Source of the DNA: Bernardetia sp. OM2101
GTDB taxonomy: Bacteria; Bacteroidota; Bacteroidia; Cytophagales; Bernardetiaceae
DNA: 64,000 bases
Assembly: GCF_042180575.1 (NCBI RefSeq)
Contig: NZ_CP170094.1
Span: 1,912,604 to 1,976,603, forward strand
Reading direction: 5' to 3'
Shown in pieces: positions 1 to 10,217 of this stretch; positions within the stretch are counted from its first letter, which is position 1, and each line of letters begins with the position of its first letter. The notes under the pieces are model-generated. The model was not told where the DNA came from. It searched no databases and worked only from the letters and a program-made list of their open reading frames with translations. A program made the position numbers and the translations under genes.

Positions 1-1
1 A

Positions 2-159
2 GCTCTTTGTTTCTTGGCTGGTGCAAATTCTATTTTTGCAGGTGATAAACTTCTTACTACTCCAAATCCAGATGCCAAAACAGACAAAGAATTATTCCAA
101 ATCTTGCAAATAAAACCTCGTCAGGCATTTAAGAATGAGGAAAATACAGTTAAGGCATA
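2..159 (+). CDS. bioB: Biotin synthase, C-terminal fragment (5' end lies outside the window)
   Basis: Open frame from the window edge translates to ...[39 protein letters not shown]..., matching the conserved BioB C-terminus; stop at 157-159. Confidence 0.6.
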
Positions 160-171
160 AAATATAAAAAA

Positions 172-215
172 ATTTTGTCAGTAGTTTTTTGGTAATCCAA
201 AATAACTCTGATAAT
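172..215. repeat. REP-like palindromic element (ttgtcagtagtttt..ggtaatccaaaataactctgacaatag); related copies at 12206 and 60822
   Basis: Inverted-repeat arms tgtcagtagtt / aactctgacaa; the same element recurs in inverted orientation at 12206-12245 and as a variant at 60822-60860. Confidence 0.6.
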
Positions 216-516
216 AGTTTAACATTTCAACTATTGACAGCCTTCTGAAAGGACTGTCAAAGTTTTAAATTGTTTTAAAGTCCATTATTTATTAAAAAAT
301 AGATAATGGATTTTTTTATTCTCTTCTAAACTCTTCTTCCTCTGTAGTTAAAATGTATTTGTATTTCATCCCTTTACGTTCTCTGTGAACTCTGTGTTTA
401 AAATGTATTCCCAAATTTAAAAATCGTACCTTTGCACCTTCGTTAAAAAAATACAACACTACACACAATCAAATAAAGAAAATACAGATAAAAACTTTAC
501 AAAATAAATTCAAAAA

Positions 517-2184
517 ATGACTTCGATATTCAAAAACTTTACTCAAAATTTTTCTAAAACCTTTACACAAAACCCCAAAGATGATGTTCTTTCAGGACTT
601 ACAGTTGCTTTAGCACTTGTTCCTGAAGCGATTGCCTTTGCTTTTGTGGCAGGAATTGACCCAATAATTGGACTTTATGGTGCTTTTATGATGGGCATTG
701 TTACAGCAATTTTTGGAGGACGACCAGGGATGATTTCAGGTGCTACGGGTGCGATGGCTGCCGTTGTAGTTAGTACGCATTTGATTATGAAAGGAAATGA
801 AGTAGGTGCAGCTTTAGGAATGGAAGCTGATTATTTAGGTGTGCAATGGCTCTTTATTACGCTTTTGTTAGTTGGTATATTTCAAGTTTTGGCTGGTGTT
901 TTTCGTTTGGGAAAGTTTGTCCGTTTGATTCCTCATCCTGTAATGATGGGTTTTGTAAATGGTCTTGCGATTGTGATTTTTATGGCACAAATAGATTTTT
1001 TTAAAGAAACTGTAACAGTCGCAGGTACTGCTGAAAAAGTATGGTTACAAGGAAATGATATGTATATTATGATTGGTCTGGTAGCTCTTACAATGGGAAT
1101 TATGTTTGGATTGCCAAAACTAACCAAAAAAGTTCCGTCGGCTTTAGTTGCCATTGTTGTAGTAGCTGCTATCACAATTTTAGGAAATATAGAAGTAGGA
1201 ACAGTAAAATCATTTGTAATTGAAGGAAGTGGAGGAAAATCAACAGGAATTGAGGGCTCTTTACCTACTTTTCAAAACCAAGTTTTTACGCTTTTCTATA
1301 CAATGAAAGAGCATTGGACACTTATTTTATCAACAGCTTTTCTTTTAGCTGCCGTAGGCTTGATAGAATCTTTAATGACTCTTAATTTATTGGATGAAAT
1401 GACAGAAAGCCGAGGAAGTGGAAATCGTGAGTGTGTCGCTCAAGGAACTGCAAATATTTTGAATGGTCTTTTTGGTGGAATGGGTGGTTGTGCAATGATT
1501 GGACAATCGATTATCAATGTAGAATCTGGTGGACGTGGTCGCTTGTCAGGTGTTATTGCTGCGATTGCGCTATTATGTTTTGTTCTTTTTGGTGCGCCAC
1601 TTATCGAACAAATTCCTATTGCTGCGCTTGTTGGTGTTATGTTTATGGTGGTTATCGGAACTTTTGCTTGGAGTAGTTTCCGTATTTTACACAAAATTCC
1701 TGTTTCTGATGCTATTGTTTTGATTACTGTTTCGGCTGTTACGGTGTGGCAAGATTTGGCGATTGCTGTTTTTGTTGGTGTAATTATGTCAGCTTTAGTT
1801 TTTGCTTGGGAAAATGCAACTCGTATTCGTGCTAGAAAACACACTAAAGAAAACGGAACAAAAGTATATGAGATTTGGGGACCTTTATTTTTTGGTTCGA
1901 CACAAGCTTTTAGTGCTAAATTTGACCCAAAAACAGACCCAGAAAAAGTAGAAATAGATTTTATAGAATCAAAAGTAAGCGACCATTCAGGCATTGAGGC
2001 ACTAAGAGGAGTTGCAAATCGTTATTTAGATTTAGGAAAAGAAATAAAACTAACCCATTTGAGCGAAGAGTGTATTACGCTTCTATTAAAAGCAAATCCA
2101 AAATTTGAAGAAGTAATTGAGCGTTCTATCGATGACCCTCGTTATTATGTGGTAAGTGATACAATGGACGCAGAAATAAAATAA
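517..2184 (+). CDS. SulP-family sulfate/inorganic anion permease with C-terminal STAS domain
   Basis: 555-aa polytopic membrane protein with SulP-type N-terminus and helices plus a STAS-like C-terminal domain. Confidence 0.85.
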   Translation: MTSIFKNFTQNFSKTFTQNPKDDVLSGLTVALALVPEAIAFAFVAGIDPIIGLYGAFMMGIVTAIFGGRPGMISGATGAMAAVVVSTHLIMKGNEVGAALGMEADYLGVQWLFITLLLVGIFQVLAGVFRLGKFVRLIPHPVMMGFVNGLAIVIFMAQIDFFKETVTVAGTAEKVWLQGNDMYIMIGLVALTMGIMFGLPKLTKKVPSALVAIVVVAAITILGNIEVGTVKSFVIEGSGGKSTGIEGSLPTFQNQVFTLFYTMKEHWTLILSTAFLLAAVGLIESLMTLNLLDEMTESRGSGNRECVAQGTANILNGLFGGMGGCAMIGQSIINVESGGRGRLSGVIAAIALLCFVLFGAPLIEQIPIAALVGVMFMVVIGTFAWSSFRILHKIPVSDAIVLITVSAVTVWQDLAIAVFVGVIMSALVFAWENATRIRARKHTKENGTKVYEIWGPLFFGSTQAFSAKFDPKTDPEKVEIDFIESKVSDHSGIEALRGVANRYLDLGKEIKLTHLSEECITLLLKANPKFEEVIERSIDDPRYYVVSDTMDAEIK

Positions 2185-2300
2185 ATTTAGATTTCAGAAG
2201 GTAAAATTTAGAATTAATTTCAAAATTTCAAATTTATTATGTATTGTATTCTAAATTGGTTTTTAATTCTGACTTCTAAAATCTAACTTCTAAATTTATT

Positions 2301-2864
2301 ATGAAATACATTTCCATTTTGAGAGGAATCAACGTAGGAGGAAAACGAAAAATTTTGATGAAAGATTTGAAAGAATTGTATCAAAACTTAGGTTTTCTGA
2401 ATATAGAAACCTATATCCAAAGTGGAAATGTAGTTTTTGATTCTGAGTTTAATTCAGATTTAGACAGAAGTGAAATTTCTACTAAGATAGAAAAAGCAAT
2501 TTTTGAGAAATATAATTTTGAAGTTCCTGTAATCATACGAACAAAAGAAGAATTAATTAATATTCAATCTTCAAATCCATTTATAAAAAATGAAGAAGAC
2601 AAAAAAGAATTAATCAATAATCTTCATCTGACTTTTTTGGAACATATTCCAACAACTGAAAATATAGAGAAAACAAAAGAAATTGAATCAAAGACAACAG
2701 ATAAATTTGAAATTACAGAAAATAATGTCTTTATTTTTTGTGAAGGAAAGTATCATACCTCAAAACTGACAAATAACTTTTTTGAGAAAAAATTAAAGAC
2801 AAAGGCAACAACAAGAAACTGGAAAACAATAGAAAAATTAACTGAATTAGTGATTAGTGATTAG
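2301..2864 (+). CDS. DUF1697 domain protein
   Basis: N-terminus MKYISILRGINVGGKRKILMKDLKELYQNLGF..YIQSGNVVF matches the DUF1697 signature. Confidence 0.75.
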   Translation: MKYISILRGINVGGKRKILMKDLKELYQNLGFLNIETYIQSGNVVFDSEFNSDLDRSEISTKIEKAIFEKYNFEVPVIIRTKEELINIQSSNPFIKNEEDKKELINNLHLTFLEHIPTTENIEKTKEIESKTTDKFEITENNVFIFCEGKYHTSKLTNNFFEKKLKTKATTRNWKTIEKLTELVISD

Positions 2865-2899
2865 TGATTAGTGATTAGTGATTAGTGATTAGTGATTAG
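2846..2899. repeat. Heptanucleotide microsatellite (TGATTAG)n, about 7 copies, overlapping the stop of the DUF1697 gene
   Basis: Perfect tandem tgattag units read directly; the first unit supplies the ...ISD* stop codon. Confidence 0.9.
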
Positions 2900-3029
2900 T
2901 TTCAAACGAGTAGGTTATTTTTTCGTTTCCATTAAAATCTAGTATTTTTGTGGCATTCTGTTACTTTTTAGATATAGCTGTATTTTTATAGTTGAATGAA
3001 TAGTAATTAAAATAAAATCCGATAATCTT

Positions 3030-3449
3030 ATGTTCAAAAAATCAGCACGCCTTCCCAAACACAAAAAATTTGAGTTTCAACCTCGCTTTTATAATCCAGA
3101 TAAAGAAGACTTAGACAAACGCAAACGCTGGGCAGAAGCCGAAGAACGATTAAAACAACTAGAAAAAGAGGAGGTAAAAGAAGAATTAAATGAACTTAGT
3201 AGCTACAATGAAGAACATTCTGTGTTAAGAGGTTCATTTGGAAGAGCAAAAGAAAAACGCAAAACATTATTTGGTAATATGTCAATCGTTGTTTTGATTG
3301 CTTTATTAGGTGGAGCAGCTTATATTTTTATAAATTTGGGGAGTAAAGGAGCTGATTATGGTTGGGAATTATATCTTGTTCTTTCTTTAATTCCACTTTA
3401 TATTTTATTTAGAATTCATGCTAATTCCAAAATTAAAAAAGAAGACTAA
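3030..3449 (+). CDS. Hypothetical protein with charged coiled-coil N-terminal part and one or two C-terminal TM helices
   Basis: ORF with KR/E-rich N-terminal half and hydrophobic C-terminal segment; no family recognised. Confidence 0.45.
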   Translation: MFKKSARLPKHKKFEFQPRFYNPDKEDLDKRKRWAEAEERLKQLEKEEVKEELNELSSYNEEHSVLRGSFGRAKEKRKTLFGNMSIVVLIALLGGAAYIFINLGSKGADYGWELYLVLSLIPLYILFRIHANSKIKKED

Positions 3450-3450
3450 T

Positions 3451-3800
3451 ACCAAAATAAAATCTATTTTTCCCTTTGGATTTCTCGTTCAAGTATTTTG
3501 CTTGGACGCTCTTTTTTGTCAGCATATGCTGACGAAATAGATAGATACAAGATAGAATCTTGCACCAGTGAAGTTTAATATTTATTTTGGTATAAATTTA
3601 GAAAATTCAAAAATAGTTCAGCAAAAAATGGTTTCAAATGTACATTTGAAACCATTTTTTATGACAAGATTATACCAAAATAAAAGTTATTTTTCCCTTT
3701 ACATATTTCTCGTTCAAGTATTTTGCTTGGACGCTCTTTTTTGTCAGTATATGCTGACGAAATAGATAGATACAAGATAGAATCTTGCACCAGTAAAAGA
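3451..3800. repeat. Two direct copies of a roughly 125-bp element, each containing a perfect 16-bp palindrome GTCAGCATATGCTGAC (second copy GTCAGTATATGCTGAC)
   Basis: 3451-3580 and 3672-3800 are near-identical (ataccaaaataaaa..tttttcccttt..tctcgttcaagtattttgcttggacgctcttttttgtcag.atatgctgacgaaatagatagatacaagatagaatcttgcaccagt). Confidence 0.85.
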
Positions 3801-3825
3801 GAAATGCAATATTTATATTACTTAT

Positions 3826-5571
3826 CTAAAATATATATTTTCCTCCCACCACAGCAGTAATTCCATTATTTGGATAATAAACAAAACGTTGATAATTCTG
3901 TCCAATTAGATTATATCCGTTCACAAAAGCAGAAATTCGGTCGGTAAATTTATACGAAACTGACAAACTCAAATCATGAATTGGTTTCAAATCATAAACT
4001 GTTTCAGAAACAGGATTTTGAGTTTGGATACCAAAAAGCTGCTGTAAAGTAAGTTCTGTTTTGAGCTTTTCTATAAACGTATAACCTACACTCAAACTTG
4101 TTTGAAAATTTGGACGATGATGAGCAATTTCTAAATCTGTAAGCGAGTAACCAAAATAGTTAGCCGACAAACGAGCATTAAAATTATTTTTTTGATAGGA
4201 AGAAGAAACTCCCAAACGGAAGATGTTTACTTTATCGTATAACAAACCAAACTGCGAAGAATCCGAAACAGAAGGAGCAAAAAAGGGCATATTATCATAC
4301 ATTGCAAATCCTACTTCTGCATTTGCTTTTAAATTTTTATTGATTTTGGCTTGAATAGCTAAGTTTGCATCCACTTGTGAAAAAGTATGGCTAAGAGGCT
4401 GCACAGAAGCTAAAAAAGGATTTTGAACGGTTAGCATTCTCAAAAATTGTGGTTTTACGCCTCCTCCAATCTCTCCCAAAATCCAAAATTTATCTTTAGC
4501 GAGTTGATAAGAAAAATCAATAGTTGGATAGAAAAAAAGTTTGTTTCCAGTTGCATTTTCCAAAAGAGAATCCGAACTATATGCCATTCCTGCACCAACA
4601 TTTAGCGTTAAATTTTCAGTAGAGAAGTTATAAGAAGGAACAAAACTAGCTAACATTCTATCATTTTTTAGTTTGATAGTTTGATTATCTATGCTTAAAA
4701 AATCACTTTTTTGTTGTGTTTGATGAAATTCTGCATCTAATTTAATTCTTGATTTCTCAGAAATAGCATACGTAATATTTCCCAAAACAGGAATTTGCCA
4801 TTCACTTACATTATCTCTAGCAGCAAAAAGATTAAATCCAACAGAAACTTCATACGCTAATTTATCAGCACTAGAATCTCCAAATTCATCTTTTTGAGGA
4901 AGCGACGAAAAATCAATTTTAGTTTCTAGTCTGTGATAAGTCTGACGAATATCTTTCTTTTCAGGTATTTCAAAATCCAATATATTTTTTGGATTATAGC
5001 CATAATAATGAACTCGTTCTAAGTTATAATTAATAGAAGATGAGAGAACAAACCTTTCTTTTGTGTGTTCCGAAAAAAGCAAAACATTTGTATTTCCATA
5101 ACCAGAGTTTTGTCCATCAACAACACCATTCATAGAAGAAAAATGACGAGCAAAAACACCGTATTTATTTCTTTCATTAAAATCATGGCTATAAAAACCT
5201 TCAAAATAAGGTGTTATATAATTTCCAAAACCTGCCTTTACATAATTCCCTAACATTTCTTTTGGGATAGATGGAGCAAGTTCATTTGGGATTTCTCTAA
5301 AAGTGAGCCTACTAAAGGTCATTGCCTCACTAAAATCAATCTCTTCATCTTTCGAAATTGTCAAATTCGGAAGTTCATCAATTTGAACGTTTGTTTTGAT
5401 AGGAGGTTTCGAAATTAATTCAAACTCATTGGTTTTATTGACATCAACATTTTCTTGCTCTAATTCGGCTTGCCCTTGAGCAAGGGCTTTTTGTCCAAAA
5501 TCTGGTGAGAAGACAGTCAGTAAATGGATAAAAAGGTAAATGGATAGAATTTTTGTAGCTATTTTTTTCAT
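3826..5571 (-). CDS. Putative outer-membrane beta-barrel protein (signal peptide, C-terminal aromatic residue ...GGKYIF)
   Basis: N-terminal signal sequence, alternating amphipathic beta-strand-like composition, terminal Phe; co-directional with the downstream TPR protein gene. Confidence 0.5.
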   Translation of the reverse strand: MKKIATKILSIYLFIHLLTVFSPDFGQKALAQGQAELEQENVDVNKTNEFELISKPPIKTNVQIDELPNLTISKDEEIDFSEAMTFSRLTFREIPNELAPSIPKEMLGNYVKAGFGNYITPYFEGFYSHDFNERNKYGVFARHFSSMNGVVDGQNSGYGNTNVLLFSEHTKERFVLSSSINYNLERVHYYGYNPKNILDFEIPEKKDIRQTYHRLETKIDFSSLPQKDEFGDSSADKLAYEVSVGFNLFAARDNVSEWQIPVLGNITYAISEKSRIKLDAEFHQTQQKSDFLSIDNQTIKLKNDRMLASFVPSYNFSTENLTLNVGAGMAYSSDSLLENATGNKLFFYPTIDFSYQLAKDKFWILGEIGGGVKPQFLRMLTVQNPFLASVQPLSHTFSQVDANLAIQAKINKNLKANAEVGFAMYDNMPFFAPSVSDSSQFGLLYDKVNIFRLGVSSSYQKNNFNARLSANYFGYSLTDLEIAHHRPNFQTSLSVGYTFIEKLKTELTLQQLFGIQTQNPVSETVYDLKPIHDLSLSVSYKFTDRISAFVNGYNLIGQNYQRFVYYPNNGITAVVGGKYIF

Positions 5572-5667
5572 TTTGGAAGAAAGCTATTGGTATATATTAG
5601 GATAGAATTTCAAATAAAGTAACTTGATAGTAGTCAGGCTACCAAATTACTTTATTTTGTAGGATAT

Positions 5668-8634
5668 TTAATTCAACAGTAAAGCTAATTTATTTGCTTT
5701 TTGTTGTGTTTCTGTTTGTTCTGCAAACTGTTTTTTCAAGTCTTTCAGAATTGATTTTGCACTTGAATCATCTCCGATATTGTGCATCAGTGCTGCCAGT
5801 TCGTAAAGAGCTTCTGAGGCATATTTTGGATTGGCTTGTCTATCATTTCCTAGTTTTGAAAAACCTTCAATGGCTGCATCTACTTGCTGTTGCCCTGCCA
5901 AAATTTTGTTTTCATACAACCGAACAAAGTCATTATTTGAGTATGATTTTTTGTTTCGAATGATAGCCAAATAATCGTTTGCCGTAGCATAATCTTCTTG
6001 CTTACAATAAGTTTTAGTTAGTTTTTCCCACGCTTCTATACGTTTTGCATCATTAGGAGCTGCTTTAGCCAAACTTTTATACTGTGTAATAGCACTATTA
6101 TAATTTTCTCTACCAAATTCAATATCCCCCATATCAGAAAGTGCATCCGTTTGCATTTGTCCTCCTACTCGCTGCAAATTATTTATTGCTTGAGAATTAT
6201 CACCATAATATTGATAACTTTTACCCAAATAATAATAAATACGGTCATAATGAATAGTTCCTGCAATTTCATGAGTAGCAATAATTTTTCTAAAAATAGC
6301 TATTGCACCTGAAAATTCATTGTTTTCATAAAGTTTGAATCCTTTATCAAATTCTTGTTGAATACCATCATTAGTAGTAGGATTTGTAATTGAATTTGAT
6401 GCTGTAGAATTATTGGGGTCATAATTTGAATTATTACGAGCATATATATTTCTAAGTTCATCTATATTTTCTACCACCACACCAAAATCAGGATAATTTT
6501 CTAGTGTATTGAGAGCCATTTTTGCTTTGTCTGTATTCGGATAATTTATAATTAATGCTGTATAGTCATTGATTACATTCTTATTTTCTCCTAATCCATA
6601 CCATGCATTTCCACGACTATATAAGGCTTCTGCTAGTTTTTCACTTTGAGGATAACGCTTAATAAAATCATCCAAAAGAGCTATCACTTGCTTGCGATTG
6701 CCTTGGCTTTCATAAATTTTTGCTTTCATCACTTGCGAATATTGAGCATACAACGAATTTGGCGTTTGCATTACTTTATCAAACTGATGCATGGCTTTTG
6801 AATAATCGTTCTGAACAAAATAAATTTGTCCTAAAGAAAAATTAATATATTCTGTCTCAGAATCTCCCAAAGTCAAGGCTTTCATAAAATTGACTTCGGC
6901 TTCTTTATAATGCTTATTGACAGCATAAATTGTTGCTACACGAGTAAGAGCATCGACAGCTTTTTCTTTTGTAATTCCAGTCGGCGTAGATAAATATTCT
7001 TCCAATAAAACAAGTGCATTTTGTTTGGCAACACTACTATAATTTGCTTTATTAAAATTAATAACTCCCATTCCATATTTTGCATCAGCATAAAAACGAC
7101 TAGAAGTAGGTATTTTTTTATAATAACTTTCAGCTTCTGTTACTTTTTGAGTATGTAAAAATGCTTCTGCTGTATAAAAATTAATAAAGTTTTGAAGTGA
7201 ATCATTGAGTTGCATGTCATTTTTGAGCTGCCCAATGGCTTGATTCATTTCATTGTACGAAGATTGATTAAAAAGTTCTTTGATAGACTGCAAAGCCAAA
7301 TGAACATACATTTTTTTGATTTGGTCTTGATTCTGATTTAGATTCTTCGAATCTCTAACTTTTAAATATGCCATTGCTGTTTGTGCATCTTGGTTAGAAG
7401 CTAGAGCATCAGCAGTAAATAAAATTGCTTCTGACAAATACAGACTTTGAGGAAATTTATTTTCAAACTTTTTACTTTCACTAATCAATACACTATATTC
7501 TTCTGATAAGTACAGATTTTTAAGTTTAGAATAATAGGCTTTTTCAGCTTCTGAAGGATTAAAGGCTGCTAATTCGTCATAAGTAGAAGCAGCTTTTTTG
7601 TAGTTATTTTGTTTTTCATAAATACTTGCCTTCATGAGTAAAATAGGAGAGTAAAATGCTCCACCCGCCAGTGAAGACGTTTCATAATCCAAAAACTCAT
7701 CATAATTTTCTACTGCATAAAGCGTATTGAGATATTGATAAGCAACAGAGTCAGAAAGCTGTTTGCTATTTCGTTTATAACGTCCAAACCATTCATAAGC
7801 CAAATCATATTCTTTGTTGAGGTAAGCACACTGAGCTGCATAATAAAAAAGTTCAACATCGTGTCTTTCATTTGCTATTGAAGACAGAAAATCACTCAAA
7901 CCTTGACATTCTTCCAAATTGTAATAGGCTTTAGCAATCAGTTTGTTTGTACTTTCTGTATATTTTTTGTCTGCCTTTGCTTGATTTAGATTTTCAATAG
8001 CTTGCTCAAAACTTCCTAATTCATAATTGATAAAACCTACATAATAACTAGCTTGAGCATAATATTCATTATTTTTTGATTGCAAAGAGGCAAAAGTACG
8101 TAGAGCTTCTTTTGTTCTTCCAATTTTGAAATACGAATATGCCAAACGAAAATTAATTTCTAATTCATCTTTTTCAGTAGGACGAGATTTTTCTAAAGGT
8201 GAAAAATAATAGGCTGCTCTTCGGTAATTTTCTTCATTGTAGAAAGAGTTGGCTAAAGCAAGTTTGAGATTATCAGCATAGAGCGTTTGTTCATATTTTG
8301 AAATAAATTCAATACTATTTTTTTCTGAGTATGATTTTTTGAGATACAACTCACAAAGTCGTACATAATAAGTCGCTTCTATTTTCTTGTTTAATTCATT
8401 CTGAGGGGAAACAGAAGAGTTTTCATAAGATAAAAAAGATAAAAAAGTTTTTTGAGCGGCCTCATAATGTTGCTGTTCGAAAAGAGTAAGGGCATTTTGG
8501 AAGGTGTTATCTAGTGGAATTGAGCCTGTAAGCGCATGATGTTGGGGAAAAGCATGCGAGAATGGCACAAAAAAAACTAGAAAAAAGTACGCACACATTC
8601 CCACCACATTATTTAGTAGATTTTGGAAAGGCAT
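5668..8634 (-). CDS. Large tetratricopeptide-repeat (TPR) protein
   Basis: 988 aa with many A/Y/L-rich 34-residue TPR-like repeats (e.g. ..AYYNLGEY..A...Y..AL..). Confidence 0.75.
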   Translation of the reverse strand: MPFQNLLNNVVGMCAYFFLVFFVPFSHAFPQHHALTGSIPLDNTFQNALTLFEQQHYEAAQKTFLSFLSYENSSVSPQNELNKKIEATYYVRLCELYLKKSYSEKNSIEFISKYEQTLYADNLKLALANSFYNEENYRRAAYYFSPLEKSRPTEKDELEINFRLAYSYFKIGRTKEALRTFASLQSKNNEYYAQASYYVGFINYELGSFEQAIENLNQAKADKKYTESTNKLIAKAYYNLEECQGLSDFLSSIANERHDVELFYYAAQCAYLNKEYDLAYEWFGRYKRNSKQLSDSVAYQYLNTLYAVENYDEFLDYETSSLAGGAFYSPILLMKASIYEKQNNYKKAASTYDELAAFNPSEAEKAYYSKLKNLYLSEEYSVLISESKKFENKFPQSLYLSEAILFTADALASNQDAQTAMAYLKVRDSKNLNQNQDQIKKMYVHLALQSIKELFNQSSYNEMNQAIGQLKNDMQLNDSLQNFINFYTAEAFLHTQKVTEAESYYKKIPTSSRFYADAKYGMGVINFNKANYSSVAKQNALVLLEEYLSTPTGITKEKAVDALTRVATIYAVNKHYKEAEVNFMKALTLGDSETEYINFSLGQIYFVQNDYSKAMHQFDKVMQTPNSLYAQYSQVMKAKIYESQGNRKQVIALLDDFIKRYPQSEKLAEALYSRGNAWYGLGENKNVINDYTALIINYPNTDKAKMALNTLENYPDFGVVVENIDELRNIYARNNSNYDPNNSTASNSITNPTTNDGIQQEFDKGFKLYENNEFSGAIAIFRKIIATHEIAGTIHYDRIYYYLGKSYQYYGDNSQAINNLQRVGGQMQTDALSDMGDIEFGRENYNSAITQYKSLAKAAPNDAKRIEAWEKLTKTYCKQEDYATANDYLAIIRNKKSYSNNDFVRLYENKILAGQQQVDAAIEGFSKLGNDRQANPKYASEALYELAALMHNIGDDSSAKSILKDLKKQFAEQTETQQKANKLALLLN

Positions 8635-9028
8635 ATTTAAATTAATTATAAAAGTAACAGATAGGATATTTTTAAGAAAGTCACATCTAAGAGAATTCTA
8701 CATAATGCAAATTCGTTTATTTTATTAATTTTTGCAAATCTTGTTTTTTAATTTGATGTGGATAATAGGTTGATTATAAAACTTTTGTTGTTTTACAAGC
8801 CCTCTTGTTTTATTTTATTTTTATACATAAAATAAATTTATCATATAATTATATCATTAATAGCAACTAACTAAACGAAAATAATAAAGGACATTAACTG
8901 TGGTTTTTTTATGTATTCCGTAAAAGTAATTTCAAAAATTAAGATAAAATTAAAATAATTAAGGTAATTAGTTACTTCTTATAGCTAATTTAATAGCTTG
9001 AAAGATGGATATAAACAGGATTTTTGGT

Positions 9029-9637
9029 TTAGCTTAGAAAAGCTATCCATTCTTTATATAGTTTTTGAACAGGTAATCCCATAACATTAAAATAACTTCC
9101 ATTTATTTTTTCCACTCCTATCATTCCGAGCCATTCTTGCGCTCCATACGAACCAGCTTTATCAAAAGGTTTATATTTTTGAATATAATAATCAATTTCA
9201 TTTTGACTTAATTCTTTAAAAAACACTTCTGTTTCATCCGAAAAGCTATGTAACTTTGATTTTGTACAAATACAAACCCCTGTAATAACCAAATGTTTTT
9301 TACCTGAAAGAAGATGTAGCATTTCTCTAGCTTCAAATTTATTTTGAGGTTTGTTGAGTATTTTATCTTCAATGACTACAATCGTATCTGAAGTAATTAA
9401 AACTTCATTCAAAAAGTCTGAATTGTTTTCCTTTAATTCACTTTGTTGTGCTAAGGCTTTTCGTTCTGCTAATTTTTGAGCGACTTCTTTTGTTTGCCAC
9501 TCAGGTAAAATATCTTCCTCTACGTCTTTTACACGCTGCTCAAACTCTATATCCATAGAAGATAAAAGCTGCTTTCTACGTGGAGAACCAGAACCTAAAA
9601 TGACTTTGTAATGATGTAAAAGGTGATTTAAAAGCAT
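9029..9637 (-). CDS. maf: Maf-like nucleoside triphosphate pyrophosphatase (septum formation protein Maf)
   Basis: N-terminal ILGSGSPRRKQLL motif and length typical of Maf/YhdE. Confidence 0.85.
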   Translation of the reverse strand: MLLNHLLHHYKVILGSGSPRRKQLLSSMDIEFEQRVKDVEEDILPEWQTKEVAQKLAERKALAQQSELKENNSDFLNEVLITSDTIVVIEDKILNKPQNKFEAREMLHLLSGKKHLVITGVCICTKSKLHSFSDETEVFFKELSQNEIDYYIQKYKPFDKAGSYGAQEWLGMIGVEKINGSYFNVMGLPVQKLYKEWIAFLS

Positions 9638-9683
9638 GTTTTTTTTGAATTATAAGTAGTAAATAATCAACTCAAAGTTTTTT

Positions 9684-10193
9684 TTATATCCGTGTCAGTT
9701 CTCTAATTAGCTTGCTATGTTTTGGAAATTCTTTTGATAACTCTTCATACTTAGCTAGTTCGAAATCAGCAAAATCAAATGCTGGAGCAACTGTACAACC
9801 CGATAAAGTAAAACCATTAGGATTCTGACAACGTGAAGCAAACCAAAGTCCAGCAGGAATTACAACTTGAGGAAACTGTTTTTTTTCAATATCTAGTCCC
9901 AATACTTTTTCATGAAGATTTCCCAAATCATCAAAAAAGAAAATGGAAAGTGGATCGCCATCATAAAAATGCCACATTTCGTCAGAAGCAATACGATGAA
10001 AAGCCGAAAAAGTATCTCCTGTAAGTAAAAAATAGATAGCAGTACTGTATGCACAATTTCCAAAAAAGTTCTTGGGTAATACACTTTTAGGAATAATTCC
10101 TTCTGCACGATATGTTTCTGCAAAAAAACCTCCTTCAGGATGAGAAGTCAAATTTAGTTTTTCAATCCAATAGTCTTGATTGTGATAACTCAT
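9684..10193 (-). CDS. Cupin-fold DUF985 protein
   Basis: LTSHPEGGFFAETYRA motif near the N-terminus is characteristic of DUF985 cupins. Confidence 0.7.
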   Translation of the reverse strand: MSYHNQDYWIEKLNLTSHPEGGFFAETYRAEGIIPKSVLPKNFFGNCAYSTAIYFLLTGDTFSAFHRIASDEMWHFYDGDPLSIFFFDDLGNLHEKVLGLDIEKKQFPQVVIPAGLWFASRCQNPNGFTLSGCTVAPAFDFADFELAKYEELSKEFPKHSKLIRELTRI

Positions 10194-10217
10194 TGATAAT
10201 AGATTTACTTGTTATAT

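Noticed and set aside
933-1994. Several ORFs (933-1175 -, 1431-1676 +, 1440-1994 -, 1529-1723 +) nested inside or antisense to the SulP permease gene
   Set aside because: They overlap a well-supported 555-aa transporter gene, have low-complexity or Cys/Trp-rich translations typical of off-frame reading of AT-rich DNA, and have no independent signals.
3568-3765. 65-aa ORF between the two 125-bp repeat copies
   Set aside because: It runs into repeat copy 2 and has a hydrophobic, low-complexity translation; more likely non-coding repeat sequence.
5065-5963. Short ORFs antisense to the OMP and TPR genes (5065-5253 +, 5694-5963 +)
   Set aside because: They are embedded in long, well-supported minus-strand genes and have Lys/Ile-rich translations typical of AT-rich antisense frames.
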